A program made the position numbers and the translations under genes. DNA of 60,183 bases, counting the filler, from Candidatus Babelota bacterium (lineage in GTDB: Bacteria > JAGOBX01), in NCBI GenBank assembly GCA_017999075.1. It is 6 parts of 6 records of this genome, joined end to end, with 100 filler letters (N's around TTAATTAATTAA, not from the genome) between each part and the next. Parts side by side here need not be neighbours in the genome. Positions count along the whole stretch, not along the records: positions 1 to 9,994 come from JAGOBX010000093.1; positions 10,095 to 20,088 come from JAGOBX010000092.1; 4 more parts are not named here. The stretch is one strand, 5' to 3'. The notes below the pieces were generated by a model, which saw nothing but the letters and a program-made list of their open reading frames with translations, had not been told where the DNA came from and made no database searches. This document shows positions 8,237 through 18,076 of this stretch, in pieces; the first letter of the stretch is position 1; every line of letters starts with the position of its first letter.

Positions 8237-8620
8237 GTGGTTATAATGGATTTGATTTTTAAAGACGAATATAACGATATTATGAAAGCGTGTTTAGAAG
8301 TAAAAAATGAATTAGGAATTGGGTTTTTAGAAAAAGTTTATGAAAACGCTTTGAAAATAGAATTGGAGTCAATGGGTTATACAGTCAAACAGCAGCATCC
8401 AATCAGCGTATTATACAAAAATAACATTGTCGGCGAATATTTTGCTGATTTGGTTATTAACGATAAAATAATTATTGAATTAAAATGTTCGAAAAAAATA
8501 TCCGATATAGACAAAGCGCAGCTTATACATTATTTAAAATCAACAGGAATAAAATTAGGAGTTTTGATAAATTTTAATAAAGAAACCAATCACTTTGAAA
8601 TCGAACGATATGTATATTAA
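8237..8620 (+). CDS. GxxExxY protein (PD-(D/E)XK nuclease-like fold); start may be ATG 8246
   Basis: LGIGFLEKVYENAL (GxxExxY), YFADLVINDKIIIELK, AQLIHYLKSTGIKLGVLINF. Confidence 0.93.
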   Translation: MVIMDLIFKDEYNDIMKACLEVKNELGIGFLEKVYENALKIELESMGYTVKQQHPISVLYKNNIVGEYFADLVINDKIIIELKCSKKISDIDKAQLIHYLKSTGIKLGVLINFNKETNHFEIERYVY

Positions 8621-8663
8621 CGTGGCAAAAATTAGCCACGAACTTTCACGAACGAACACGAAC
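8621..8663. repeat. Repeat site with truncated left arm between the GxxExxY and Avs genes
   Basis: CGTGGC-AAAAATTA-GCCACG palindrome directly after the stop; CACGAAC at 8637/8647/8657. Confidence 0.85.
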
Positions 8664-8679
8664 ATTAAGGAAGTAAAAA

Positions 8680-9994
8680 ATGAGTTTTAAAAATTTTAAT
8701 TGGAATAATATTAGACCAATTAATGGAGATGTTAAAATAGGTTTTGAAGAACTATGTTGCCAGCTAGCATACTATGAAAAAATGCCTATCGGCTCAATAT
8801 ATACTCGAAAAGGAACTCCTGACGGAGGAGTAGAATGTTTTTGGAAATTATCGGATAACTCAGAAATTTGTTATCAAGCTAAATTTTTTATAAATTCCCC
8901 TACAAATTCAGAATGGTGTCAAATAAAAAAATCTTTATATGAAGCAGTAAATAATCACCAAAATTTAACTCAATATATAGTTTGTTTACCACTCAATTTT
9001 TCTGATGGAAGTAAAACAAAAACGAAAAATCAAAAAACGGCTTTAGATAAATGGAATGAATATATAAAAAAATGGGAAGCGGATATAAAAATTAAATTTA
9101 AAAAGAAAATCAGAATTTCATATTGGGGTGAAACTGAAATAATTGATAGACTTTCAAAACCTGAACATCGAGGTAGATATTATTTTTGGTTTAACAAGGA
9201 CTTGTTTACTAATGAATGGTTTAATAATTTTTTTAATGAAACAAAAGCAAATGTTGGAGCTCGATATTCACCGGAAATAAATATAACTCTGCCAATTAAT
9301 AAAGTTTTTGACACTCTATTAAGAAATGATACTTTATTTTTTGAAATAAGAAAATTGAGAGCTGAATTATTAAAACAAAAACAAGAACTTAATTTTAAAG
9401 ATAAATTAATTAAAAGTAAAGAAGAATTATTATGTTTACATAAGAAAACAGATGCTCTAATAGATTATTTAAATGAATATATTTCTGGTAAATTTGTCTA
9501 TATAGATATAACTAAAATAGTCTCTTTAATTAGCGATATTATTACTCAGTCAAATAAATTAAATGAAATAATTAATCAGACTAAAAATGAATATAAGGAA
9601 AAAAATGATTATGAATATAAGCTTCATTCGATAAATAAATTTCGACGAAAACTATATGAAATTGAAAATTTTTTTAAACAAAATCATATTAATCTTATTA
9701 ATCAACCTTTTTTATTAATATGCGGCGATGCAGGTCAAGGGAAAACGCACTTATTTTGTGAGATAATCAGTCGACAGATTTTATCTGGAAAGCCGGCATT
9801 GTTATTTTTGGGTATGAATTTTAAAAATAATGATCCGTGGAAGCAAATGTTGGATAGAATAGGATTAAACTGTTCTCGTGAGGAATTTTTAGGTGCATTA
9901 AACGCTTTAGATCAATTATCTAACCAAAGATGTCTAATTTTAATTGATGCTCTTAATGAAAGTGAAGAAAGACATTTTTGGAAAACTTATATTG
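8680..9994 (+). CDS. STAND NTPase with N-terminal Mrr-like/PD-(D/E)XK nuclease domain, AVAST (Avs2-like) anti-phage protein; truncated by contig end
   Basis: FEELCCQL...PDGGVEC...YQAKFF nuclease motifs; Walker A GDAGQGKTH; Walker B LILIDALNE. Confidence 0.75.
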
Positions 9995-10094
9995 NNNNNN
10001 NNNNNNNNNNNNNNNNNNNNNNNNNNNNNNNNNNNNNNTTAATTAATTAANNNNNNNNNNNNNNNNNNNNNNNNNNNNNNNNNNNNNNNNNNNN
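9995..10094. other. Artificial contig linker (N-TTAATTAATTAA-N); also at 20089-20188, 30180-30279, 40215-40314, 50223-50322
   Basis: Identical 100-nt spacers with a 12-mer giving stops in all frames. Confidence 0.98.
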
Positions 10095-11655
10095 TTTCTT
10101 GATGATTAGCGTCATACGATCGTTTTAAAAGATAATCAGGAAGTTCAAGCCCTGACATTTTGAACAAGTCTTCAAGCGGCGGCAGAGATTTTGCCAAACC
10201 AGACATAAATTGAGCTGTGGAAGTTTTGCCGTCTCCTGAATTCGAAGTTGAATCCCAAACAGTAACTTTATCAATTTTGATATTTTTAATGGCATCAACC
10301 TGAGTTTTTACAAGTTCAGGAAGTTTATCTGCTATCATCATAAGAACTGCATTTTTAGGATCGTTTCCGCCAGCGGCATTAACAAGTTTTTCAAATCCTT
10401 CAGCCTGTTTGCTTAATATTTCAAAAATACCTTTTGCTTCAGCTTCCATTTTAAAGAAAATAGCATCAGCTTCGCCTTTTGCTTTTCTTCTGATTTGTTC
10501 AGCTTCAGCTTCGGCGTCAATTTCAATTTTCTTTTTATTTATTTCGGCAGGAACTACTATATCTGCATTTTTTGAAGCTCGTTCTTTTTCTGCTCTGATA
10601 GTTTCAGCTTTACGTTCGGCTTCATACGCTTCAGAAAGGGCTAACGCTGACTGAACTTTTTCAGCAGCAGTGGCGCGTTTATTAGCTTCGGCTTCACGCT
10701 CGCGGCGTTCCGCATCAGAATTTGCTATAGTTATTTTTGCAGTATTTTCACCTTCAACTGCAGTAGCGTTTGCTTCTGAGGTTTTAATTCTTGTATCCAT
10801 CATTGCATTTGCTTTTGCTATATTTTCGTCGCGTTTTGCCTGAGCCACTCTTATTTCTTTATCGCGTTCTGCTTCAGCTATACCAACGTTTTCTGCACTT
10901 TTGGCATTTGCCATGTTTATTTGTCTGTCGCGTTCAGCTTCAGCCATTTTAATATCTTTATCACGATCGGCATTTGCCTTACCGATTTCACCATCGCGAT
11001 TTTGTTCTGCCACACTTTTTTTTGCATCATTAATGGCTTTTGCAGCAGCTTCTTTTCCCAGAGCTTCAATATAACCTGATTCATCGCGGATATCAGTGAC
11101 ATTTACGTTTATGAGTTTTAATCCTATTTTTTTTAATTCGGTTTCAACATTTTTTGAAACATTGGTAAGAAATTTATCGCGGTCAGAATTAATTTCTTCA
11201 ATATCCATTGTTGCTATAACAAGACGGAGCTGACCTATTATGATATCTTTTGCAAGTTCCTGAACTTCGTTAAGTTCAAGGCCAAGTAACCGTTCTGCAG
11301 CATTAGTCATAACCCCTGGTTCTGTAGAAACGCCTACTGTAAAACGTGAAGGGACATCAACCCTGATATTTTGTTTACTCAGAGCTTTTGTTAAATTTAC
11401 TTCTATTGACATTGGAGTCAAATCAATGTATTCATATGATTGAATCAAAGGCCATACAAAAGCAGCGCCGCCATGAATACATTTTGCAGAACGGTTTAAT
11501 CCGTTATCTTCGCTGCCGATTTTACCGTAAACTACTAGAATTCTGTCTGAAGGGCAGCGTTTAAACCTTTTTATCATCAATACAATTGAACCGAAAATAA
11601 TTGCAGCAATAATGCCGACAAGTATTAGAGAAGTTGAAAACGCATCTAAAAACAT
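10095..11655 (-). CDS. Flotillin/SPFH-domain protein (3' end cut by contig edge)
   Basis: N-terminal TM, KRCPSDRILVVYG, GGAAFVWPLIQ, AAERLLGL, long EA-rich coiled coil, IKIDKVTVWD. Confidence 0.92.
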
Positions 11656-11698
11656 GATAAATCCTCCTGAAAAATTGGGTTAGTTTTTTGTTTTAATT

Positions 11699-12283
11699 TT
11701 ATTTTTTTTTGACTACAACAATATTATTTCCGGCTATTTGATAAACAGAAACTAAAGTGCCGGTTTTAATAAGTTCTTTTTCATCTGTTACAGCTTCGAT
11801 TTCGCGGAATGATCCCTGAACGTTAATTTGAATTTTTCCGGTTCCATTTCTTGAAGCAGGTATTTCCAAATAAACCTGACCGTCCAAACCAACACAATTT
11901 TTTATTTTGAAATTTCCGCTTTCTGCAAGTTTGTTCATCATTACAAAAATTGAAATTACTATACCCAATACAATAATGGATAAAATTGAAGATATGGCTA
12001 AACCTGCCCAAATAGGCAATCCGAGTTTAACGCAGGTTATGCCTGACCATCCTAGAACTGTAAAAAATATTACAAAATTACGGAATGTGAAGATAGGATA
12101 AGAATGATCTCCGGCATCAGAAAAGTCATGTCCTGAATCAGTATTTAAATCAGAATCTCTATCTCCGCCGCCGATACCGAAAAAATTTAAAAATAGCTGA
12201 ACTGCAAATAAAACTGTAAACGGAATTGTAAGTCCCCATAATATTTTTTCATATGAAGATGCATTGCCGAGTAATTCGTTCAT
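11699..12283 (-). CDS. NfeD-like partner of flotillin
   Basis: TM segments plus C-terminal OB-like VYLEIPASRNGTGKIQINVQG...EAVT; directly upstream of flotillin. Confidence 0.85.
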   Translation of the reverse strand: MNELLGNASSYEKILWGLTIPFTVLFAVQLFLNFFGIGGGDRDSDLNTDSGHDFSDAGDHSYPIFTFRNFVIFFTVLGWSGITCVKLGLPIWAGLAISSILSIIVLGIVISIFVMMNKLAESGNFKIKNCVGLDGQVYLEIPASRNGTGKIQINVQGSFREIEAVTDEKELIKTGTLVSVYQIAGNNIVVVKKK

Positions 12284-12438
12284 TGTTATATTTTATCCTT
12301 TCTTTAAAGATTTAAATCAAAATATATAAAATTATCACGAAAACGCAATGTTATAAAATGAATAAATGTTTTTCAACTTTTGATGAATCTCCTTGATGAA
12401 ATTAATTATATTGCTTGATGAAAAAAAATCAATTTAAA

Positions 12439-14427
12439 TTAACGGCTGTAAATTTTATAGGATAAACCGTTCAATGTTGCTGCAACAGAATTCGAAACAA
12501 CAACGAGTGTGTCTGTTGAATCGAAAATATTAGTTAACAATGTTCCGTCTGTATAATTAAGTTTTAAATTAAGTGGAACATTATTTTTGGTAGAAGAAGA
12601 TGTATTGAAAATTATTATTGCTTCGGAATCATTTGAATATCTTGAAAAAGCATAAATTCCGCATGTATCTTCAGATTGTAGTTCGGCAAATAAACCGGTT
12701 TTAATAAAACTGTATGATGAATCTGAAAATTTGTTATTTACAATTTTTATAAAGTTATAAATGTTGTGTCCGGTATCAAAATTATCTCCTGAAGAAGGAC
12801 CGAATTCAAAAAGACCATTCCACATATCTTCTCGGACATAACCATCCCCGTAAGAAACGCTCAGTTTGTATCCGTCAAATCCTTGTTCTGTTCCATAGTA
12901 AATGCAAGGAATACCGGGATATGAAGCCATAAACAAATATGCAAGTTTTAATTGAGTGTCATATCCTTCAATATTTTGAATATAATTATATTCATCTGTT
13001 TTTTTTGAGTTAAACCTGTCAAGATCGTGGTTGTCGAAAAAAGTTACGAGTTTATCCTGTGCAGAAGTATCGTAGTAATTAATATTAGCACGGCGCTGTG
13101 TTATTAAATTTGTTGCTCCAAAATTTTTAAATACGTCAATAATAGTTGTTTTCATTGGAAAATAAGTTAATGATTCAAACAGATATTTATCAGGGTTATT
13201 TTTTGTTCCTGTATATTTACCTACTTTTTCGTCATCAGTATCACACCAAACTTCCCCGAAAATAAAAAAATTTGTTTTTCCTATTTTAGAACATTCGGAT
13301 TTTATATAAGGAAGAAAATGTTCCCAAAAAGAAAAATCAACATGTTTTGTGGTATCAATTCTAAAACCATCGCAATCAGTTTTAAGAATCCACCACATAT
13401 AAATATAGGATAATATTTTTTGAACTTCAGGGTGTTCGGTTTTAATATCATCAAGACCGAAAAAATCTCCTTTAACTCCTTCTATAGGATCATCCCATCC
13501 GGAACCGATATTGCCGTAATTATGAAAATAATCAAGGTTTGCAAGATATGAAGGTAAATGTTTTAGTGATTCATCGGAATATTTTAAGGTATAACCTTGA
13601 GTATAATTCCAATCATACTTGTTTTCATAATTAGATATTAAATCTGCGGAATGATTTACGATAGCGTCAAAAATTACGGATATACCTCGTTTGTGAGCTT
13701 CGCTTACAAGTTCTTTGTATTTTTCAATATTTCCGAAATGAGGATCAATCTCTTTGAAATCCAATATATGATAACCGTGATACGACGGTTTGTTTTTTAA
13801 TATTGGAGTAATCCATAATGCCGTGATTCCGAGATTCTGCAAATAATCAAGTTTATCTATAATTCCCTGAATATCTCCTCCATGAATTTTTCCTTTATCT
13901 GCAGGATCGAACATATCGCCTGCATTTAATTGATTTATTGCAGTGTCTCCGTCATTAAACCTGTCTATCATTACAAGATACATTACCTTGTTTCTCCATT
14001 CTGAAGGAGAAACAGAATAAGATGCCGGATTAAATACGTCAATTTTAAAAGAACCTGCGGCAATAGCTGATTTAACTGAATTTCTTACTGTGAATTCCAC
14101 AACAAATTCCCCAGTATCGGTAACGACTGGTGAAATAGTGAATATTTTTTGAGATGAATCATAAGAGACAAATGAAGGAATTGAGTCTATTGAAACATTA
14201 ATGTAATCAGTTCCATTATAATAAATATTAAGGTGGTAATATGAAACATTATTTACAAAAGTATATGTGTCATACAAATTATTGATTTGAATCACAGGAA
14301 AAGCAGGAGTTTTTTTATAATCGCCGCATCCTGATAATATTATTAAAATTAAACATATGAATATAAGATTAATTTTAAGAACAATCCATTTTTCAGATAA
14401 GATCATATTAAAATGACAGATTGACAT
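12439..14427 (-). CDS. GH13 alpha-amylase-family protein, probable lipoprotein with N-terminal Ig-like region (true start probably slightly downstream)
   Basis: DRFNDGD, GGDIQGIIDKLDYLQNLGITALWITP, YHGY, DGFRIDTTKH, FGEV, NHD; LSGC lipobox. Confidence 0.9.
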   Translation of the reverse strand: MSICHFNMILSEKWIVLKINLIFICLILIILSGCGDYKKTPAFPVIQINNLYDTYTFVNNVSYYHLNIYYNGTDYINVSIDSIPSFVSYDSSQKIFTISPVVTDTGEFVVEFTVRNSVKSAIAAGSFKIDVFNPASYSVSPSEWRNKVMYLVMIDRFNDGDTAINQLNAGDMFDPADKGKIHGGDIQGIIDKLDYLQNLGITALWITPILKNKPSYHGYHILDFKEIDPHFGNIEKYKELVSEAHKRGISVIFDAIVNHSADLISNYENKYDWNYTQGYTLKYSDESLKHLPSYLANLDYFHNYGNIGSGWDDPIEGVKGDFFGLDDIKTEHPEVQKILSYIYMWWILKTDCDGFRIDTTKHVDFSFWEHFLPYIKSECSKIGKTNFFIFGEVWCDTDDEKVGKYTGTKNNPDKYLFESLTYFPMKTTIIDVFKNFGATNLITQRRANINYYDTSAQDKLVTFFDNHDLDRFNSKKTDEYNYIQNIEGYDTQLKLAYLFMASYPGIPCIYYGTEQGFDGYKLSVSYGDGYVREDMWNGLFEFGPSSGDNFDTGHNIYNFIKIVNNKFSDSSYSFIKTGLFAELQSEDTCGIYAFSRYSNDSEAIIIFNTSSSTKNNVPLNLKLNYTDGTLLTNIFDSTDTLVVVSNSVAATLNGLSYKIYSR

Positions 14428-14461
14428 TGAATATGTTATAAATTTAAGTTAAATATTTTTA

Positions 14462-14569
14462 TTAACCGAACAAAACCGGAACAAATAAGCCGAATGATGA
14501 TAATAAACCTGCAAACAAAATAAAAATAATAACATAAACCACCAGTTCAATTTTTTCCCATTTTTCCAT
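14462..14569 (-). CDS. Small hydrophobic protein, 35 aa (MEKWEKIELVVYVIIFILFAGLLSSFGLFVPVLFG)
   Basis: Manual translation; AGGA upstream next to the N gap; single TM-like stretch. Confidence 0.4.
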   Translation of the reverse strand: MEKWEKIELVVYVIIFILFAGLLSSFGLFVPVLFG

Positions 14570-14657
14570 AATATATACTAATCCTNNNNNNNNNNNNNNN
14601 NNNNNNNNNNNNNNNNNNNNNNNNNNNNNNNNNNNCAAAATAAATTAAAGGAATATA

Positions 14658-15560
14658 TTATTTTCCTTTTTTTAATAATTCTATTCTTTCATCAAGAGCA
14701 GGATGCGTTGAAAATACGCTGACTTTCGAAGTATTGCTTATTTTTAACGTTGCGATTGATTTATGAGTTGTGTCTATAAGTTCAATTGTATTTTTTAATG
14801 ATTGCAAAGCATGAATCATATTTTCTCGGCCTGCATATTTTGCTCCGCCCGAATCGGCTCTGAATTCGCGTTTTCTTGAAAAATAAGCTACTACAATACT
14901 TCCTAAAATACTGAATATTATATCAAATGCTATAACACATATAAAATGTATAAGGGGAGACGGCTGAGAACTTTCATCGCTATCTCTTTTACTTAATGCC
15001 ATTGAAGCAGCCCAAGCCGCTATCCGAGATAAGAAAATTACAAAAGTGTTTACAACGCCTTGAAGTAATGTCATTGTTACCATATCTCCGTTCGCAATAT
15101 GGGCTATTTCATGACCGATAACGCCTTTTACAGCCTGGCTGTCAAGGCGATGCAGCAAACCTGTAGATACTGCTACTAACGAATTTGATTTTGAAGGACC
15201 TGTGGCAAAAGCATTGACTTCCTGGCTGTCATAAATTCCGACTTCTGGAACAGCAGGCAATCCTGCGGCTTTAGATAATTCTGATACCATGTTATATAAA
15301 ATATTTTCTTCATAATTTGCTTTTGCTGGTTCTATTATGCGCACGCCCATCATTAGTTTGGCGAAAAATTTACTGAACAACAATGATATGAATGCTCCGG
15401 CAAATCCTACCACAGCTGCATAAATCAATAATGAAGTATAATCAATTCCGTAAGCATTTAAATATCCGCGAACTCCAAGTACGGATAAAGTTATTGATAT
15501 AGTTATCAAAACCAGGATATTAACTATGATAAATAAAAATATTCTTTTAAACATAGACAT
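14658..15560 (-). CDS. htpX: Protease HtpX (M48 zinc metalloprotease)
   Basis: NAFATG, HEIAHIANGDMVTMTLLQGVVNTFV, REFRAD, STHP. Confidence 0.95.
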   Translation of the reverse strand: MSMFKRIFLFIIVNILVLITISITLSVLGVRGYLNAYGIDYTSLLIYAAVVGFAGAFISLLFSKFFAKLMMGVRIIEPAKANYEENILYNMVSELSKAAGLPAVPEVGIYDSQEVNAFATGPSKSNSLVAVSTGLLHRLDSQAVKGVIGHEIAHIANGDMVTMTLLQGVVNTFVIFLSRIAAWAASMALSKRDSDESSQPSPLIHFICVIAFDIIFSILGSIVVAYFSRKREFRADSGGAKYAGRENMIHALQSLKNTIELIDTTHKSIATLKISNTSKVSVFSTHPALDERIELLKKGK

Positions 15561-15599
15561 TGTAAATCACCTGAGAATACATAATATATTTTGCTATTT

Positions 15600-15628
15600 A
15601 TTGTAAAAAAAAATATTAAGGTTGTCAA
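15600..15628 (-). promoter_or_regulatory. Sigma70 promoter for htpX
   Basis: Minus strand TTGACA (15628-15623), 17 bp, TACAAT (15605-15600). Confidence 0.55.
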
Positions 15629-15748
15629 TAGTTTTATTTTTTTAATTCCGGGTATTTTTTTAATTTTATGATACAGAATACTTGACTTAATAACTTTTTT
15701 TATTAGAATATTTTTATTTTATAACGTTTATTAATTTAAATTGCAGGG

Positions 15749-16960
15749 GTGTTGAAAAAAATGAAATATGTTGTGATTTTGCCTGACGGGATGGCAGATA
15801 ACAGGTATCCTGAACTTGGAAACAAATCTCCTGTAGAATATGCGAATACCCCGGGATTGGATTTCATATCAAAAAACGGAATAATAGGTAAAGTAAAAAC
15901 TATCCCTGAAAATTTACCGAGCGGTTCTGACGTTGCTATTATGTCTGTAATGGGATATGACCCAAAACTTTATTTTATGTCGCGAGGTCCTCTTGAAGCA
16001 GTAAGTTTGGATATAAAATTTAATGATCATGATATTATTTTTAGATGCAACAATATTACTGTTAAAGACGGTAAAATGTACAGCTCTAATGCCAATCACA
16101 TTAAAACAGAAGAATCGTTTGAATTAATAAACTATTTTAATTCGAAAAATAAATTTGAGGGAATACGGTTGTTTCCCGGGACAGGATACAGGCACATAAT
16201 ACTTATAAATAATGTGAAATATCCTGAAATTGATTATGAATCTTTGAAATGTGCGCCGCCTCATGATATTGTAAATTGTGATATTTTGAAAAATTTGCCT
16301 GAAGGAAAAGGGTCTGAACTTATAAAAGAATTTATGTTTTTTTCAAGTGAAATACTGAAAGACTATAAAACAAAATCAGGGAATGAACCTAATATGTTGT
16401 GGTTGTGGGGCCAGGGAAAAATTAAAAAACTTGAAAAGTTTAAAGAAAAGTATAACGTTAAGGGCGGCGTTATTTCCGCAGTAGATCTTATTAATGGACT
16501 TGGGAAATATGTCGGGTTTGATGTTATAAAAGTTCCAGGAGCAACAGGATATTATGACACTAATTTTAAAGGCAAAGCAGAATACGCGATAAAAGCTCTT
16601 GGTGATTATGATTTCGTGTTTGTTCATATAGAAGCGACAGATGAAGCTGGACATGATGGAAATCTTAATAAAAAAATTGAAATGATAGAACATGTTGATA
16701 AATTTATAATATCGGAAATGCTGAAAGCTCTTAATGATTATGAAGAGTATAGAGTGATGGTTTTACCGGATCATCCCACTCCTGTCACTTTACGAACTCA
16801 TGAAAATAAACCTGTGCCTTATGCTATATTCGGAAATAAGAATCAGGTTAAATCCGGGAACTGTTTCAGTGAATTTTTTGAGTATCCATCGTCAAATTAT
16901 TTTTCTGAAGGTCATTTGCTTATGGAGAAATTTATCAGGAATATAGAATATTTTAAATAA
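15749..16960 (+). CDS. apgM: Cofactor-independent phosphoglycerate mutase, archaeal (ApgM) type
   Basis: DGMAD, GSDVA, RGPLEA, HIEATDEAGH, PDHPTP. Confidence 0.88.
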   Translation: MLKKMKYVVILPDGMADNRYPELGNKSPVEYANTPGLDFISKNGIIGKVKTIPENLPSGSDVAIMSVMGYDPKLYFMSRGPLEAVSLDIKFNDHDIIFRCNNITVKDGKMYSSNANHIKTEESFELINYFNSKNKFEGIRLFPGTGYRHIILINNVKYPEIDYESLKCAPPHDIVNCDILKNLPEGKGSELIKEFMFFSSEILKDYKTKSGNEPNMLWLWGQGKIKKLEKFKEKYNVKGGVISAVDLINGLGKYVGFDVIKVPGATGYYDTNFKGKAEYAIKALGDYDFVFVHIEATDEAGHDGNLNKKIEMIEHVDKFIISEMLKALNDYEEYRVMVLPDHPTPVTLRTHENKPVPYAIFGNKNQVKSGNCFSEFFEYPSSNYFSEGHLLMEKFIRNIEYFK

Positions 16961-17063
16961 ATGCAGGTTTAAGAAAATATTGGTAATCCCACACATTACG
17001 GGTGGGAAAATAAAAGTGATGTTTTTTTTGTTCGATTTTTATGCGGTCAGGTTACTGCATTCT

Positions 17064-17172
17064 GGAACTGTTTCCAAAATATATTTATATATTTTTTTTA
17101 CAAAATCAACTTGTTGTTTATAAATGTATAAATTTTGTAAAAAATGGCAGAACTGTCATTTTGAAACATTCC
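17064..17172. mobile_element. MITE-like dispersed repeat, copy 1 (109 bp)
   Basis: Ends GGAACTGTTTCCAAAAT...ATTTTGAAACATTCC form an imperfect TIR; internal ATGGCAGAACTGTCAT hairpin; three other copies in the window. Confidence 0.7.
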
Positions 17173-17248
17173 AATTTTATGAAAAATCCACCAATAACTG
17201 AGGGATTAAAAAGATTGATTGAAATTTTTTGAAAAATTGTATGCTATA

Positions 17249-18076
17249 TTATATTATTCCGGCGGAATTTTTTTCTATCCAGCATTCGGCTCCGTTATCA
17301 AGTTTTATATTATACCATTCGCCTTTTGTCTGAATTAGTCTGAATTCGACTCCTTCATTGAGAGGTTGGTTGAAACTAGGTTCATAACTTTCTGAATTTC
17401 CTTTTCTGGCTGTAACAGAATCTGCCGTAATTACTCCTCGTATATCGTGATTGTCGAGGTAATACTGATATGCAATAGACCCGGCAACGCAGATTGAAAC
17501 TATAAGAAATATTGTTTTTATCCAATTGAAAAAATGAAGCGGTTTGAATATTTGAAGTGTAAGAATAAAGAAAAATAATGAAACTGATGAAATAAAAATT
17601 ATAATTCTTGAACTCAAACTGTATGAATAATGCCAGAAAAAAATTATTTCAAGGACCTTATTTATTTGAGGCTTTGCTATTGTGTCATCGAGTTTTTTTA
17701 TAGTTACAATAATGTTTGATTTTAAATTTTTGTCATTCGGAATAAGTTTTTCAGCTTTTCTGTAATACAATAATGCCACACCATATTGCTTCATCATAAA
17801 ATAACAGTTGGCAATATTATAAAAAATATAACCGTTTGAAAATTTTTGAATTTCTGAAATTTCATTATATTTATCTTTTGCCGCTGAAAAAAAAGCATTT
17901 GCTGATTCATGATTTTTTGTTTCAATTCCTTGATTAAATAATAATTCTGCTTCATCGCGTAATTTTAAAATTTTATTTTTATTATCATCTGCCAATAATA
18001 CGTTATTCATGTTAGAAGGAATGTATAAACAAAACAGAAAAAATATAAATAAAACCATAACTTTAAATTTATTCAT
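17249..18076 (-). CDS. BatE-like TPR + SH3 domain protein
   Basis: FYNIANCYF...ALLYYRKAEKLIP TPR, two TMs, LNEGVEFRLIQTKGEWYNIKL SH3-like end. Confidence 0.8.
   Translation of the reverse strand: MNKFKVMVLFIFFLFCLYIPSNMNNVLLADDNKNKILKLRDEAELLFNQGIETKNHESANAFFSAAKDKYNEISEIQKFSNGYIFYNIANCYFMMKQYGVALLYYRKAEKLIPNDKNLKSNIIVTIKKLDDTIAKPQINKVLEIIFFWHYSYSLSSRIIIFISSVSLFFFILTLQIFKPLHFFNWIKTIFLIVSICVAGSIAYQYYLDNHDIRGVITADSVTARKGNSESYEPSFNQPLNEGVEFRLIQTKGEWYNIKLDNGAECWIEKNSAGII

Noticed and set aside
5501-8620. Diversity-generating retroelement or retron
   Set aside because: No reverse transcriptase and no TR/VR pair with adenine-specific differences.
5117-8663. Classical integron attC sites (many GTTRRR motifs)
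   Set aside because: No RYYYAAC...GTTRRRY pairing with L boxes and no IntI in the window; the GTT motifs are tandem heptamers.
9995-10094. TTAATTAATTAA flanked by Ns, recurring every ~10 kb, and ORFs ending in X...LIN or X...N
   Set aside because: Artificial contig linkers. The periodicity, ORF ends and cross-linker gene adjacency are artefacts.
10600-11050. Repetitive AEAERD/KE-type sequence in flotillin
   Set aside because: Normal flotillin coiled-coil repeats.
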